Sequence record: DRR723986_3503 | Length of the DNA stretch: 37,657 nucleotides | Strand: one strand, 5' to 3' | Part shown: one piece after another, positions 17,277 through 25,765 of the stretch | Layout: every line of letters starts with the position of its first letter | Position numbering within the stretch: the first letter of the stretch is position 1 | The notes under the pieces: model-generated | The model's input: only the letters and a program-made list of their open reading frames with translations | Database searches by the model: none | What the model was told of the DNA's origin: nothing | Position numbers and translations under genes: made by a program

Positions 17277-18679
17277 CCAAGACGCTCTCCCCAGACTTCC
17301 TCGTCGCCCTCAAGGACACGCTCGGACCGCAAGGCTGGAGCGAAGACCCGGATGTCTTGTCCGAACATTCGCAGGCGTGGCGCGGCGTGCTGCAAGGCGA
17401 AACGCCCATCGTGGCAAAGCCCGGCAGCACGGAAGAAGCCGCCGCACTGGTGAAGCTGTGCAGCCAACATGGCGTCGCGATATGCCCTCAGGGCGGCAAT
17501 ACGGGCCTTGTCGATGCGGGTGTGCCGCATGGCGAGATCTGCGTCTCCATGCGCCGCATGAACAAGGTGCGCAGCGTCGACGTGTTCAACAATTCCATGG
17601 TGGTCGAAGCCGGCGCCCCGCTGGTGACGGCGCAGCAGGCAGCAGAAGACGTGAACCGCCTGTTCCCGCTGTCGCTCGGCTCCGAGGGTACAGCCACGAT
17701 CGGCGGCCTGATCTCCACGAATGCGGGCGGCGTCGCCGTGCTGCGCTACGGCATGATGCGCGATCTCTTGCTTGGCATGGAAGTCGTTCTGCCGTCCGGC
17801 GAGATCTGGGACGGGCTTTCAGGCCTGCGCAAGAATAATACCGGCTATGACCTGAAACATTTGTTCGCCGGGGCTGAAGGCACGCTGGGCCTCGTCACTG
17901 CCGCGACACTGAAAATGTTCCCGAAGGTGCAACGCGCCACCGCATGGGTCACCGTCGACTCCACGCAGGACGTGATCGCACTGCTCGCCCATGTGCGCGA
18001 AATGGCGGGCGACACGGTCACCAGTTTCGAGATGATCCCGGCCAATGCAGTTGAGATGGTACTGGCCGATATCGAAGGCACGCGCGACCCGCTGCCGTCG
18101 AACCTCGCCTGGCGCGTGCTGATGGAAGTGTCCTTCTCGGACGAGGCCATGGCGCGCAAGACGCTGGAGACAGCGCTGGAAACCGCCTTCGAGAAAGGTC
18201 TGATCCAGGACGCCGCCCTTGCCGAAAGCCTCGCCCAGGCGAAGGCCATGTGGATGGTGCGCGAGACGATCCCGCTGTCGAAACGCGCCTACGGCAATTC
18301 GCTGAACCAGGACATATCCGTGCCGGTCAGCAAGATCCCGGCCTTCATGGAAACCTGCAATGCCCGCATCGTCGACAAGCTTCCGACGGCAGACTTCGTC
18401 ATCTTCGGCCATGTCGGCGACGGCAATCTGCATTACTCCGTCATCGAAGAACCCGGAAAGGCCGGCCTGAAGGAAAACTTCGAGGCGCTGACGCGCATCA
18501 TCTACGACACGGTCATGGAGTTCGACGGCTCGATCTCTGCCGAACATGGCGTTGGCCGCCTGAAGCGGGACGAACTGGCGAAGCTGCGCCCACAGGCCGC
18601 CACCGACACGATGCGCGCCATCAAGAAGGCGCTGGACCCGAAAGGCATCATGAACCCCAACCGTGTCGTCAGCGTCTGA
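17273..18679 (+). CDS. FAD-binding oxidoreductase (D-2-hydroxyglutarate/D-lactate dehydrogenase family)
   Basis: PQGGNTGLV, TIGGLISTNAGG, LRKNNTGYDL, GAEGTLG, GHVGDGNLH, SISAEHGVG, DPKGIMNP. ATGA overlap with the paiB stop. Confidence 0.92.
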   Translation: MTKTLSPDFLVALKDTLGPQGWSEDPDVLSEHSQAWRGVLQGETPIVAKPGSTEEAAALVKLCSQHGVAICPQGGNTGLVDAGVPHGEICVSMRRMNKVRSVDVFNNSMVVEAGAPLVTAQQAAEDVNRLFPLSLGSEGTATIGGLISTNAGGVAVLRYGMMRDLLLGMEVVLPSGEIWDGLSGLRKNNTGYDLKHLFAGAEGTLGLVTAATLKMFPKVQRATAWVTVDSTQDVIALLAHVREMAGDTVTSFEMIPANAVEMVLADIEGTRDPLPSNLAWRVLMEVSFSDEAMARKTLETALETAFEKGLIQDAALAESLAQAKAMWMVRETIPLSKRAYGNSLNQDISVPVSKIPAFMETCNARIVDKLPTADFVIFGHVGDGNLHYSVIEEPGKAGLKENFEALTRIIYDTVMEFDGSISAEHGVGRLKRDELAKLRPQAATDTMRAIKKALDPKGIMNPNRVVSV

Positions 18680-19883
18680 GCAGGTCGCCGGCGGCCTTCA
18701 CGGCTGGCGCATCCCACGCATTGATCGTGCGGTGAATTGACGAAATTGGTACCTCCGCATCCTCCGGCGCCGGCATGCCCGTGATGGCGTAGGCGATCTC
18801 GGCGTCCAGTTCGGGTGCATGCCAGGCCCCTGAATAGAGCCCATAGGCCTCGCCGTGATGCCCGATCAGCTTCACGCCGGGTACCGGAGAGTCCGAAGCA
18901 GGATGAATCTGTGGCCCCTCGCCATAGACGGTGAAATAGCCATCTTCCGTATCGCCGTTCTGCACAGCCGGATCGAATACCCAGGCGGGCCGCGCGGCAG
19001 GCTCGTTTACGGCGATGGTCCGCACCAGCGGGCAAAGTTCTTCAAGGCTGGCGCGAAGACCGCCCTGCGGACTGAAAAGCGTGCCGTTCGTACCGACTTC
19101 ATAGTCCTCAAGTACCAGATCCGGCGGCATCTTCACCGCCGGACCAATCCCGTTCAGCATGTCCGGCCCATCCACCTGGACAGTCCATTCTCCGCCGATC
19201 TTCCGGCTGAGCGTTGCCCCGGCACGGCGCTCTTCCTCCGGCACGCCGGACCAGTTGAAACCGGCTGTGATGCCCAGCGGGCCCAGCGTGATACGGTCGG
19301 CCAGCAGGTCGAACCGGTCGCCGACCTCCCGCTCCAGCACTGTTGCGAGTATACCCCAACCGAAATTGCAATAGGTGAAAAATCCGCCGGGCGGCCCGGG
19401 CAGCCAGATCTCCGGTGTGAACAGGTCCTCGATCCGTCCGGTCTCTGTATACCAATAGACCGCCGGATCCTGCAGGCCGGACGTATGGCTCATCAGGTGC
19501 CGCAGCGGGATCTCCACATCCGGAAAGTCCGGATGGCGCATCGCATCGCCGAACCAGTCTGACAGCGGCGCATCGAGGTCGATCTCGCCGCGCTCCGCAA
19601 GGCGGTGCGCCGTCAGCGCGACCGCAAGTTTGGAGACAGAAGCCACCCGCATCTTCGTATCCGTCCGGAAGGGGTGGGGGCCGTTCGCGATGCCCGCCCC
19701 ATGGGCAAACACAGTCTTACCTCCCTTGCGAACGACGAGTCCCGCTGCCGGCGCGATGCCGTTCGCGACGATGCTGTCGATGGCTTCGTCGGGTGGAATG
19801 CCGTCCTCGATGCCTGTTCCGGACGCGGGTCCGCAAGCGCCCAGCATGGACAGGCCGAGGGCGACAAAATTCCGGCGATCCAT
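18669..19883 (-). CDS. Serine hydrolase, beta-lactamase family; Tat-exported lipoprotein
   Basis: MDRRNFVALGLSMLGAC (twin-Arg + lipobox); SxxK (ASVSK), LMSHTSGL, YxN (YCN), GHHG. Confidence 0.85.
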   Translation of the reverse strand: MDRRNFVALGLSMLGACGPASGTGIEDGIPPDEAIDSIVANGIAPAAGLVVRKGGKTVFAHGAGIANGPHPFRTDTKMRVASVSKLAVALTAHRLAERGEIDLDAPLSDWFGDAMRHPDFPDVEIPLRHLMSHTSGLQDPAVYWYTETGRIEDLFTPEIWLPGPPGGFFTYCNFGWGILATVLEREVGDRFDLLADRITLGPLGITAGFNWSGVPEEERRAGATLSRKIGGEWTVQVDGPDMLNGIGPAVKMPPDLVLEDYEVGTNGTLFSPQGGLRASLEELCPLVRTIAVNEPAARPAWVFDPAVQNGDTEDGYFTVYGEGPQIHPASDSPVPGVKLIGHHGEAYGLYSGAWHAPELDAEIAYAITGMPAPEDAEVPISSIHRTINAWDAPAVKAAGDLLRR

Positions 19884-21028
19884 CAGCGGCGCAATCTCAA
19901 AAGTGTTTCGTCGAGATCGGCGATGCGCGGCACGCCCAGCAGGCCGAGGCCGCGCTCCACATCGTCCTTCAGGATCTGGATCGCCCGGGCAACGCCCGCT
20001 TCGCCGCCGGCCGCCAGCCCGTAGAGATAGGCCCGCCCGATGGCCACGCTGGTGGCGCCGCGCGCGATCAGCTTCAGCGCATGGCTGCCCCGGCGCACAC
20101 CGCCATCGGCGATCAGTTCGATCTTCGGATCAATCGCCTCGCGAACCTCCGGGATGAGATCGATCACCGGCACGGATGTGTCGATTTGGCGCCCGCCATG
20201 ATTGGACAGCCAGACGGCGCTGGCGCCATGTTCCACCGCGCGCACGGCATCTTCCACGGTCGCGATGCCTTTCACCGCGAACGGGCCGCCCCATTCATTG
20301 GCCATCCATTCGGCATCTTTCCAGGCCATGCTGCGGTCGAACAGATTGTTGATCGTGCCCATCACGTCGCCGCCGCCTGCCTGCTGTGCGAAGTTTGCCG
20401 GGCCGATCTTCGATCCGGTCACGATATCCCAGAGATAGCCAGGCTTTGCCAGCGCCTGCGTTGCTGTCTTGGAGTTGACTTTCGGTGGAATGGAAAATCC
20501 GTTGCGCGGGTCACGCTCGCGATATCCAGCCACTGCCGCATCCACCGTCAGCACACAGCCGACAAAGCCTGCGGCCTTTGCCCGGGCCAGGAACTCCTTC
20601 ACGACGCCCCGGTCCTTCCAGACATAGATCTGGATGATCTTCGGCACGTCCGGCGCCGCGGTGGCAATATCTTCCAGCGTCTGGCTGGCCAGCGTGGACG
20701 CGGAATAGGCGATACCTGCCTTCTGCGCCGCGCGGGCGACGGCCAGTTCACCTTCCTTCGGATAAAACAGGCGAGACGCTGCCGTCGGCGAAATGAAGAA
20801 CGGCATCGGATTCTTCTGGCCAAACAGAGTCGTGGACAGGTCCAGCTTTGTGACATCGACCAGCGAATTCCACTGCCATTCATAATCGGCATACCGATCA
20901 ACGGATCGGCGGAGTGTGATCTCGTCTTCTGCGCCGCCGTCGATATAGTCAAACACCATGCGCGGCAGGCGCTTCTTCGCCAGCGTGCGCAGATCGTCGA
21001 TATTGATTGCCCTGGATGCCCTGCTCAT
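19883..21028 (-). CDS. FMN-dependent alpha-hydroxy-acid oxidase/dehydrogenase (LldD family)
   Basis: FDYIDGGAEDE, LTVD, RERD, VKGI, SNHGGRQID, DGGVRRG, IGRAYLYGL. Confidence 0.92.
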   Translation of the reverse strand: MSRASRAINIDDLRTLAKKRLPRMVFDYIDGGAEDEITLRRSVDRYADYEWQWNSLVDVTKLDLSTTLFGQKNPMPFFISPTAASRLFYPKEGELAVARAAQKAGIAYSASTLASQTLEDIATAAPDVPKIIQIYVWKDRGVVKEFLARAKAAGFVGCVLTVDAAVAGYRERDPRNGFSIPPKVNSKTATQALAKPGYLWDIVTGSKIGPANFAQQAGGGDVMGTINNLFDRSMAWKDAEWMANEWGGPFAVKGIATVEDAVRAVEHGASAVWLSNHGGRQIDTSVPVIDLIPEVREAIDPKIELIADGGVRRGSHALKLIARGATSVAIGRAYLYGLAAGGEAGVARAIQILKDDVERGLGLLGVPRIADLDETLLRLRR

Positions 21029-21127
21029 GCTGGAACTGTAATGCTCTTTGCGGACACCGGCAATTCCAAAGGCATGCCTTGCCAGCCTGCCCGCAACGGC
21101 TACCGTGGCATGGAAGGAGACAGTTCC

Positions 21128-21433
21128 ATGCGACTCATCACTGGCCTCGCCCTTATCTCTATCCTGCCCGGCCTGACTGCCTGTGGCCCAATCGGCCCCG
21201 GCCCGATCACCGGCGGCCCGTGCAGCTACGAAACTTCCATCGTCGAAGGCACGGTCACGGAGGTCGACGAAGACGGCGCCCTGTTTATGGGGGAAGAGGG
21301 GGAGTTCTGGGTGCCGGGCTCTTATCTTGGCAAGCTACCGGACGTGGGTGACACGCTGACCCTGCAGCGCGAACGGATTACCGAAGGCACCTGTACACCG
21401 GAAATCTATTCTGTGGTGGAAAACGGGAACTAG
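21128..21433 (+). CDS. Small hypothetical lipoprotein, 101 aa
   Basis: RBS GAAGGAGA; MRLITGLALISILPGLTAC lipobox; GGPCSY...GTCTP Cys pair. It is the real 3' portion of ORF-track entry 19793..21433. Promoter-like TTGCCA-N16-TACCGT at 21079-21106. Confidence 0.75.
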   Translation: MRLITGLALISILPGLTACGPIGPGPITGGPCSYETSIVEGTVTEVDEDGALFMGEEGEFWVPGSYLGKLPDVGDTLTLQRERITEGTCTPEIYSVVENGN

Positions 21434-22101
21434 CTGGTCTTTAGCCGCTTGGCGATCTCAAGGTGAGAGCCGAACACGCCATGCGCCCCGGCGTCAGCCA
21501 GGCGCCCTGCGAGGCCTGTGTCGGCATGGCCGCCGCCGGTGAAGCCCCAGGCGGTCATGCCCGCCGCCCGCGCGGCCTTCACACCGTTCACGCTGTCTTC
21601 GATAACGAGGCAGGTTTCCGGCCGGGCGCCGATCTTCTCTGCGGCCAGCAGGAACAGGTCCGGCGCAGGCTTCCCGTTTGCGACGAGATCTGAAGAATAA
21701 ACGTGAGGGGCGAACGTCTCGTGAAGGCTGGTCAGTTCCAGCTTGCGCACCAGCTTGTCCGCCTCCGAGGAAGACGCCACTGCCTGCAGGCCCGGAAAGG
21801 CGGCGACCACGTCCAGCACGCCGGAAATAGCCTTCAGCTCCGTCTCGTATCTCTTCCAGTTGTTGGCGTGCAGCTGGGTGCCGAAACCTTCCGGCAGGGT
21901 CACACCTGCCGCGTCTGCATCCGCGCTCAGCGCGAAGTGGAAATCCCGGTTATGCAATCCGACGAAGCGATGGACGAATTCCTCGAACTCATAGTGCAGG
22001 CCCCATCCGGCCAGGGTCTCGCGTTCACAGGCAATCGCAATGACTTCGGAATCGACCAGCACGCCGTCGCAGTCGAAGATCAGCGCGCCGAACTCTGCCA
22101 T
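21430..22101 (-). CDS. HAD-superfamily phosphatase (YieH/CbbY-like)
   Basis: IFDCDGVLVDSE, VASSS, GKPAPDLF, IEDSVNG. Confidence 0.92.
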   Translation of the reverse strand: MAEFGALIFDCDGVLVDSEVIAIACERETLAGWGLHYEFEEFVHRFVGLHNRDFHFALSADADAAGVTLPEGFGTQLHANNWKRYETELKAISGVLDVVAAFPGLQAVASSSEADKLVRKLELTSLHETFAPHVYSSDLVANGKPAPDLFLLAAEKIGARPETCLVIEDSVNGVKAARAAGMTAWGFTGGGHADTGLAGRLADAGAHGVFGSHLEIAKRLKTS

Positions 22102-22104
22102 TGG

Positions 22105-23985
22105 TCAGCGGCGTCCGAACAGTTTTTCGATGTCAGCGAGCTTCAGCTCCACATAGGTCGGCCGGCCATGATTGCACTGTCCGGAATGGGGCGTCGCCTC
22201 CATCTGGCGAAGCAGCGCGTTCATCTCCTCGCCATTCAGGCGCCGGCCGGATCGGACGGAGCCGCGGCAGGCCATGTTGCCCATGACTTCCTCGAACCGT
22301 TCCTTCAGGACAAGGCCCGCATCATATTCAGCGAAGTCGTCGGCAAGGTCGCGGATCAGGCCCGCGGCGTCCATCTCCCCGAACAGTGCCGGAGTGGCGC
22401 GCACACAAACGGCGCCGGAACCGAAAGGCTCGATCTCGAGACCCAGTTCTGCCAACTCGTCGGCGCGCTCCACCACGCGGGCCGCTTCGTCTTCGGTCAG
22501 TTCCACGATATCCGGGATCAGCAGCGCTTGCCGCTTCACGCCGCCTGCCGCCATCTGGCGCTTCATGTCCTCATAGACGAGGCGTTCATGCGCGGCGTGC
22601 TGGTCGACGATGACGATGCCGTCTGGTGTCTGGGCGATGACATAGGTTTCGTGCAGCTGCGCCCGGGCGACGCCGAGGGGGAAGTCCTCCGTAACCGGCG
22701 CTTCCGGTTCCACACGGGCGCTTGGCGCCACGTCGCGTTCATAGGCCTCTGGCGCGTAAGGCTCGGCGGATTCGGCCCATCCGCCGGGCGGCGGCGCAGG
22801 CTCAAAGCTGGATGGTGCCCGCACGGGCGAAACGCTGGAGGGATTATAGGCGGACCGGGAGGCGAATAGCGCGCCGGTCGGCGTACCTTCCGGGCGCGCC
22901 CTGCCCAGTGCATAGCCTGCCACGGTGGTCGACGCCCGGTGCCCGGCATCGGCCAGCGAGTGCCGCAATGCACCAATCATCAGTCCACGCACATTCCCAG
23001 CATCGCGGAAGCGGACTTCCGTCTTGGCCGGGTGGACGTTCACGTCCACGTATTCGGGGTCCAGCTCCACAAACAGCGCCGCCAGCGGGTGGCGGTCCCG
23101 CGCCAGAAAATCCTGATAGGCCGCGCGGATCACGCCGTTCAGCATCCGGTCTTTTACCGGGCGGCCATTGATGAACAGGAACTGCATCTGCGCATTGCCG
23201 CGGTTCAGCGTCGGCAAACCGGCGAACCCTGTCAGCGTCACGCCTTCGCGTTCTGCCTCGATGGCCACGGCATTGTCGCGGAAGTCCCGTCCCATGATGG
23301 CGCCAAGACGGGCGAGGCGCCCGGCTTCGCCCTCGGCCTCCGCCACATAGCGCAGCACGTTGCGGCCATTGTTCTCCAGGCTGAAGGAGACATGCGGATT
23401 GGCCATGGCGAGGCGCTTGACAACATCGGTCACCGCCATGCTCTCAGAGCGTTCGCCTTTCATGAATTTCAGGCGCGCAGGCGTCGCGTGGAACAGGTCG
23501 CGCACTTCAATGCGCGTGCCGGTTTCGCCGCGTCCGGTGAAGGCGGCGGGCCGGGGGCCTTCGATACGGCCTGCCTCGATGAAAACTTCCGCCGCCTCTT
23601 CACCCGCTGCGCGCGAGGTGATCGTCATGCGGCTGACGGAGGCGATAGACGGCAGCGCCTCACCGCGGAAACCCATCGTGTGGATGTTGAGCAGGTCCAC
23701 CCGGCCGTCATTGCCGGGCGTCAGTTTCGAGGTGGCGTGCCGGTCGAGCGCGAGCAGCAGATCGTCCGCGCTCATGCCGCAGCCATCATCCTCGATCGTG
23801 ATGCGTTTCAGGCCGCCCGCCTCGATCGCGATAGCGATCCGGCTGGCGCCGGCATCCAGCGCATTCTCCGTCAGTTCCTTGACCGCCGCGGCCGGGCGCT
23901 CAACCACTTCACCCGCCGCGATCCGGTTCACGACATCGGGCGGCAGTTTGCGGATCTTGGGGCGGGGACGCACGGAATCAGCCAT
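22105..23985 (-). CDS. mutL: DNA mismatch repair endonuclease MutL
   Basis: [36 protein letters not shown], endonuclease motif [12 protein letters not shown], clamp motif QALLIP, CNHGRP. Confidence 0.98.
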   Translation of the reverse strand: MADSVRPRPKIRKLPPDVVNRIAAGEVVERPAAAVKELTENALDAGASRIAIAIEAGGLKRITIEDDGCGMSADDLLLALDRHATSKLTPGNDGRVDLLNIHTMGFRGEALPSIASVSRMTITSRAAGEEAAEVFIEAGRIEGPRPAAFTGRGETGTRIEVRDLFHATPARLKFMKGERSESMAVTDVVKRLAMANPHVSFSLENNGRNVLRYVAEAEGEAGRLARLGAIMGRDFRDNAVAIEAEREGVTLTGFAGLPTLNRGNAQMQFLFINGRPVKDRMLNGVIRAAYQDFLARDRHPLAALFVELDPEYVDVNVHPAKTEVRFRDAGNVRGLMIGALRHSLADAGHRASTTVAGYALGRARPEGTPTGALFASRSAYNPSSVSPVRAPSSFEPAPPPGGWAESAEPYAPEAYERDVAPSARVEPEAPVTEDFPLGVARAQLHETYVIAQTPDGIVIVDQHAAHERLVYEDMKRQMAAGGVKRQALLIPDIVELTEDEAARVVERADELAELGLEIEPFGSGAVCVRATPALFGEMDAAGLIRDLADDFAEYDAGLVLKERFEEVMGNMACRGSVRSGRRLNGEEMNALLRQMEATPHSGQCNHGRPTYVELKLADIEKLFGRR

Positions 23986-24113
23986 GCGCAGAACTTAACG
24001 CGCCGGGCCGGTTTTGTCCCCCGGCACACGGCAGGCGCAACGCCCTGCCCACCCCTGCGGCAATTAGCCAAAATCCCTTTAAAAACAGAGCGGTGACACT
24101 TTTCACCGACTCC

Positions 24114-24139
24114 GGAACCCTACCTAGCCCGCACCCGTT
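24114..24139 (+). promoter_or_regulatory. Candidate EcfG/SigT general-stress promoter GGAAC-N17-CGTT
   Basis: Exact match to the alphaproteobacterial EcfG consensus GGAAC-N16/17-CGTT, intergenic and oriented toward the cytochrome c gene. Confidence 0.6.
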
Positions 24140-24264
24140 CAGCCTTGTTACTCTTTGTTTTAAAAGACTTTTTCTTCTGTTCTTGCGCCGCCCCAAAGAC
24201 GTTTGCATTGTTGTGCAGGAAAGACCAGTATGCACCTGAATTCACAGTCCGAGGCCTTGATTCT

Positions 24265-24855
24265 ATGCGACTTTCTCTCGTTTCCGCTTCTCTTATCGTC
24301 CTTGCCGGCATGACCGCAGCCTGCGGCGGGTCCGGCGACAGTTCCACGCCTGCCGCGCCGGCCGCTGAAACACCGGCCGCCACTCCGGCACCGGAAGCCG
24401 CCCCTGAGGCTGCTCCCGAAGCCGAAACCCCGGCACCTGAAGCAACGGCTGAGCCCACATCAGCGCCGGCTGACGAAGCGTCGGCCAGCGACGGCTCGCC
24501 TGAGTTCGCAAGCCTTCCGGCGCCCTACAACACGGCAGACTACGCGCGCGGCCGCCGCACGTTCAAACTCTGCCAGTCCTGTCACACGACCGCCGAGGGC
24601 GCGGGTGCGCTGGTGGGCCCGAACCTTTACGGCCTTTTCGGCCGCGAAGCAGGCACGTCCGAAGGCTTTGCATACTCGCAAGCCCTGCAGGATGCAGACT
24701 TCATCTGGACACCTGACAAGATCGACCACTGGCTGGAAAACCCACAGACCTTCCTGAAAGGCAACCGGATGACCTTCGCCGGTGTTCGCAAGCCGGAAGA
24801 CCGCACAGCCGTCATCGCCTACCTGATGACCGAGACGGGCTACACGGGCGATTAA
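24265..24855 (+). CDS. Lipid-anchored class I cytochrome c (c2/cy-like) with Ala/Pro/Glu linker
   Basis: GAGG RBS; MRLSLVSASLIVLAGMTAAC lipobox; CQSCH haem motif; VGPNLYGLFGREAG; distal Met in GNRMTFAG. Confidence 0.92.
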   Translation: MRLSLVSASLIVLAGMTAACGGSGDSSTPAAPAAETPAATPAPEAAPEAAPEAETPAPEATAEPTSAPADEASASDGSPEFASLPAPYNTADYARGRRTFKLCQSCHTTAEGAGALVGPNLYGLFGREAGTSEGFAYSQALQDADFIWTPDKIDHWLENPQTFLKGNRMTFAGVRKPEDRTAVIAYLMTETGYTGD

Positions 24856-24867
24856 GCCCTCAAGCGT

Positions 24868-25224
24868 TCAGCGGCGCACGGTTACGGCGAGCAGGACCGC
24901 CTGCTCGTCGAACTCGCCGCCGAATTCTTCCCGGTACCCTATCGACACATCCGCAGCAGGGAAGTGGTAGCCGATCTGGGTCTCGGTCTTGATCGAGTCT
25001 GCTGACTGGCGGCCATATTCCAGCCAGACCTGCTCCGTCGTGAATAAGTTTCCGCCGAGATCGGACCCATAGCCGAATTCAAAGCGCTGGCGGTCGTAAC
25101 CGCCCTCCTGATGGATCCAGGCAGCATCGGCGAAGAAATAGCAATTGCGATCCTTGTAGACGCCGCTGCGTCCGGCAGAGATTCGTGCCTCACCGCCCAG
25201 CAGACTTTCCTGAGGGTTGACGCG
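24868..25224 (-). pseudogene. Start-less 118-codon open frame, probable C-terminal remnant of an outer-membrane beta-barrel protein
   Basis: Manual translation: RVNPQESLLGGEARISAGRSGVYKDRNCYFFADAAWIHQEGGYDRQRFEFGYGSDLGGNLFTTEQVWLEYGRQSADSIKTETQIGYHFPAADVSIGYREEFGGEFDEQAVLLAVTVRR*. Alternating hydrophobic/aromatic strands; no ATG and no signal peptide. Confidence 0.55.
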
Positions 25225-25623
25225 CTACAGGTCCCAGGAAGCGTCCTGCAGGAGGATGCGGTATCCATCCGGGTCTTCGAAGGTCACGCCCTTGCCGTCC
25301 CAATAGGCATTGAAGGCCGGCACGGGACTGAACCCGGTGGCCCGCAGGCGGCGGTGAACCGCGTCGAAGCGGTTGCGCTCCGGCAGTTAAAAGACGAGCA
25401 GATTGTCCTCGGTCGGCGCCCGGCCCGCGACGTGCCCATGTGCGACGGTGAACTCCAGATGATACGGCGCACCGGGATGGCCGAGCATGACGCCGTCGAT
25501 ACTGTCATGTCCCTTGAATTCATAGAGCACGCGGAATCCAAGGCCATCACGGTAGAATGGCAAGAGGGCAGCCAGGTCGTCCGTGGGCCGCGCAATCCGG
25601 ATTGTGGCTTGTTCGAGCGTCAT
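25225..25623 (-). pseudogene. VOC/glyoxalase-family (YycE-like) gene with an internal in-frame TAA
   Basis: RIARPTDDL..FYRDGLG..YHLEFT..APTEDNLLVF*LPERNRFDAVHRRLRATGFSPVPAFNAYWDGKGVTFEDPDGYRILLQDASWDL*. The stop at 25387-25389 sits where family members have Tyr (LLVFY). Confidence 0.85.
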
Positions 25624-25661
25624 GAAGGCGATTCCCTGTTGATCTAAGGGCGGCCTTGTCG

Positions 25662-25685
25662 GACCTCAACCAAGGTTGAGGTCAA
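25662..25685 (-). promoter_or_regulatory. SoxR-type (MerR family) operator overlapping a -35 TTGACC
   Basis: Perfect palindrome GACCTCAACC-AA-GGTTGAGGTC with core CCTCAA-N6-TTGAGG. Minus strand reads TTGACCTCAACCTTGGTTGAGGTC, about 40 nt upstream of the VOC ATG. Confidence 0.8.
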
Positions 25686-25710
25686 GCGGGAATGTACAAA
25701 ACGCCCAAAC

Positions 25711-25734
25711 AAAAACCCCCGCACGAGGCGGGGG
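25711..25734 (-). terminator. Rho-independent terminator of the ldtR-like gene
   Basis: CCCCCGC-N5-GCGGGGG hairpin, followed on the minus strand by TTTTTGTTT. Confidence 0.8.
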
Positions 25735-25765
25735 CTTTCTCCCAGGGTATTTACCGGACCGCTTC

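Noticed and set aside
19793-21127. 546-aa + strand ORF 19793..21433
   Set aside because: Mostly the antisense shadow of the LldD-family gene; only the last 101 codons (from ATG 21128) look like a real gene.
22105-23985. MutL endonuclease motif without mutH
   Set aside because: Normal for Alphaproteobacteria; not novel.
24340-24480. Repetitive GC-rich stretch (APEA-type repeats)
   Set aside because: Ala/Pro/Glu linker of the lipoprotein cytochrome c; a common tether.
24939-25647. ORF-track entries 24939..25268(-), 25111..25647(+) and 25284..25595(-)
   Set aside because: Alternative frames over the VOC pseudogene and the beta-barrel-like remnant, which explain the region better.
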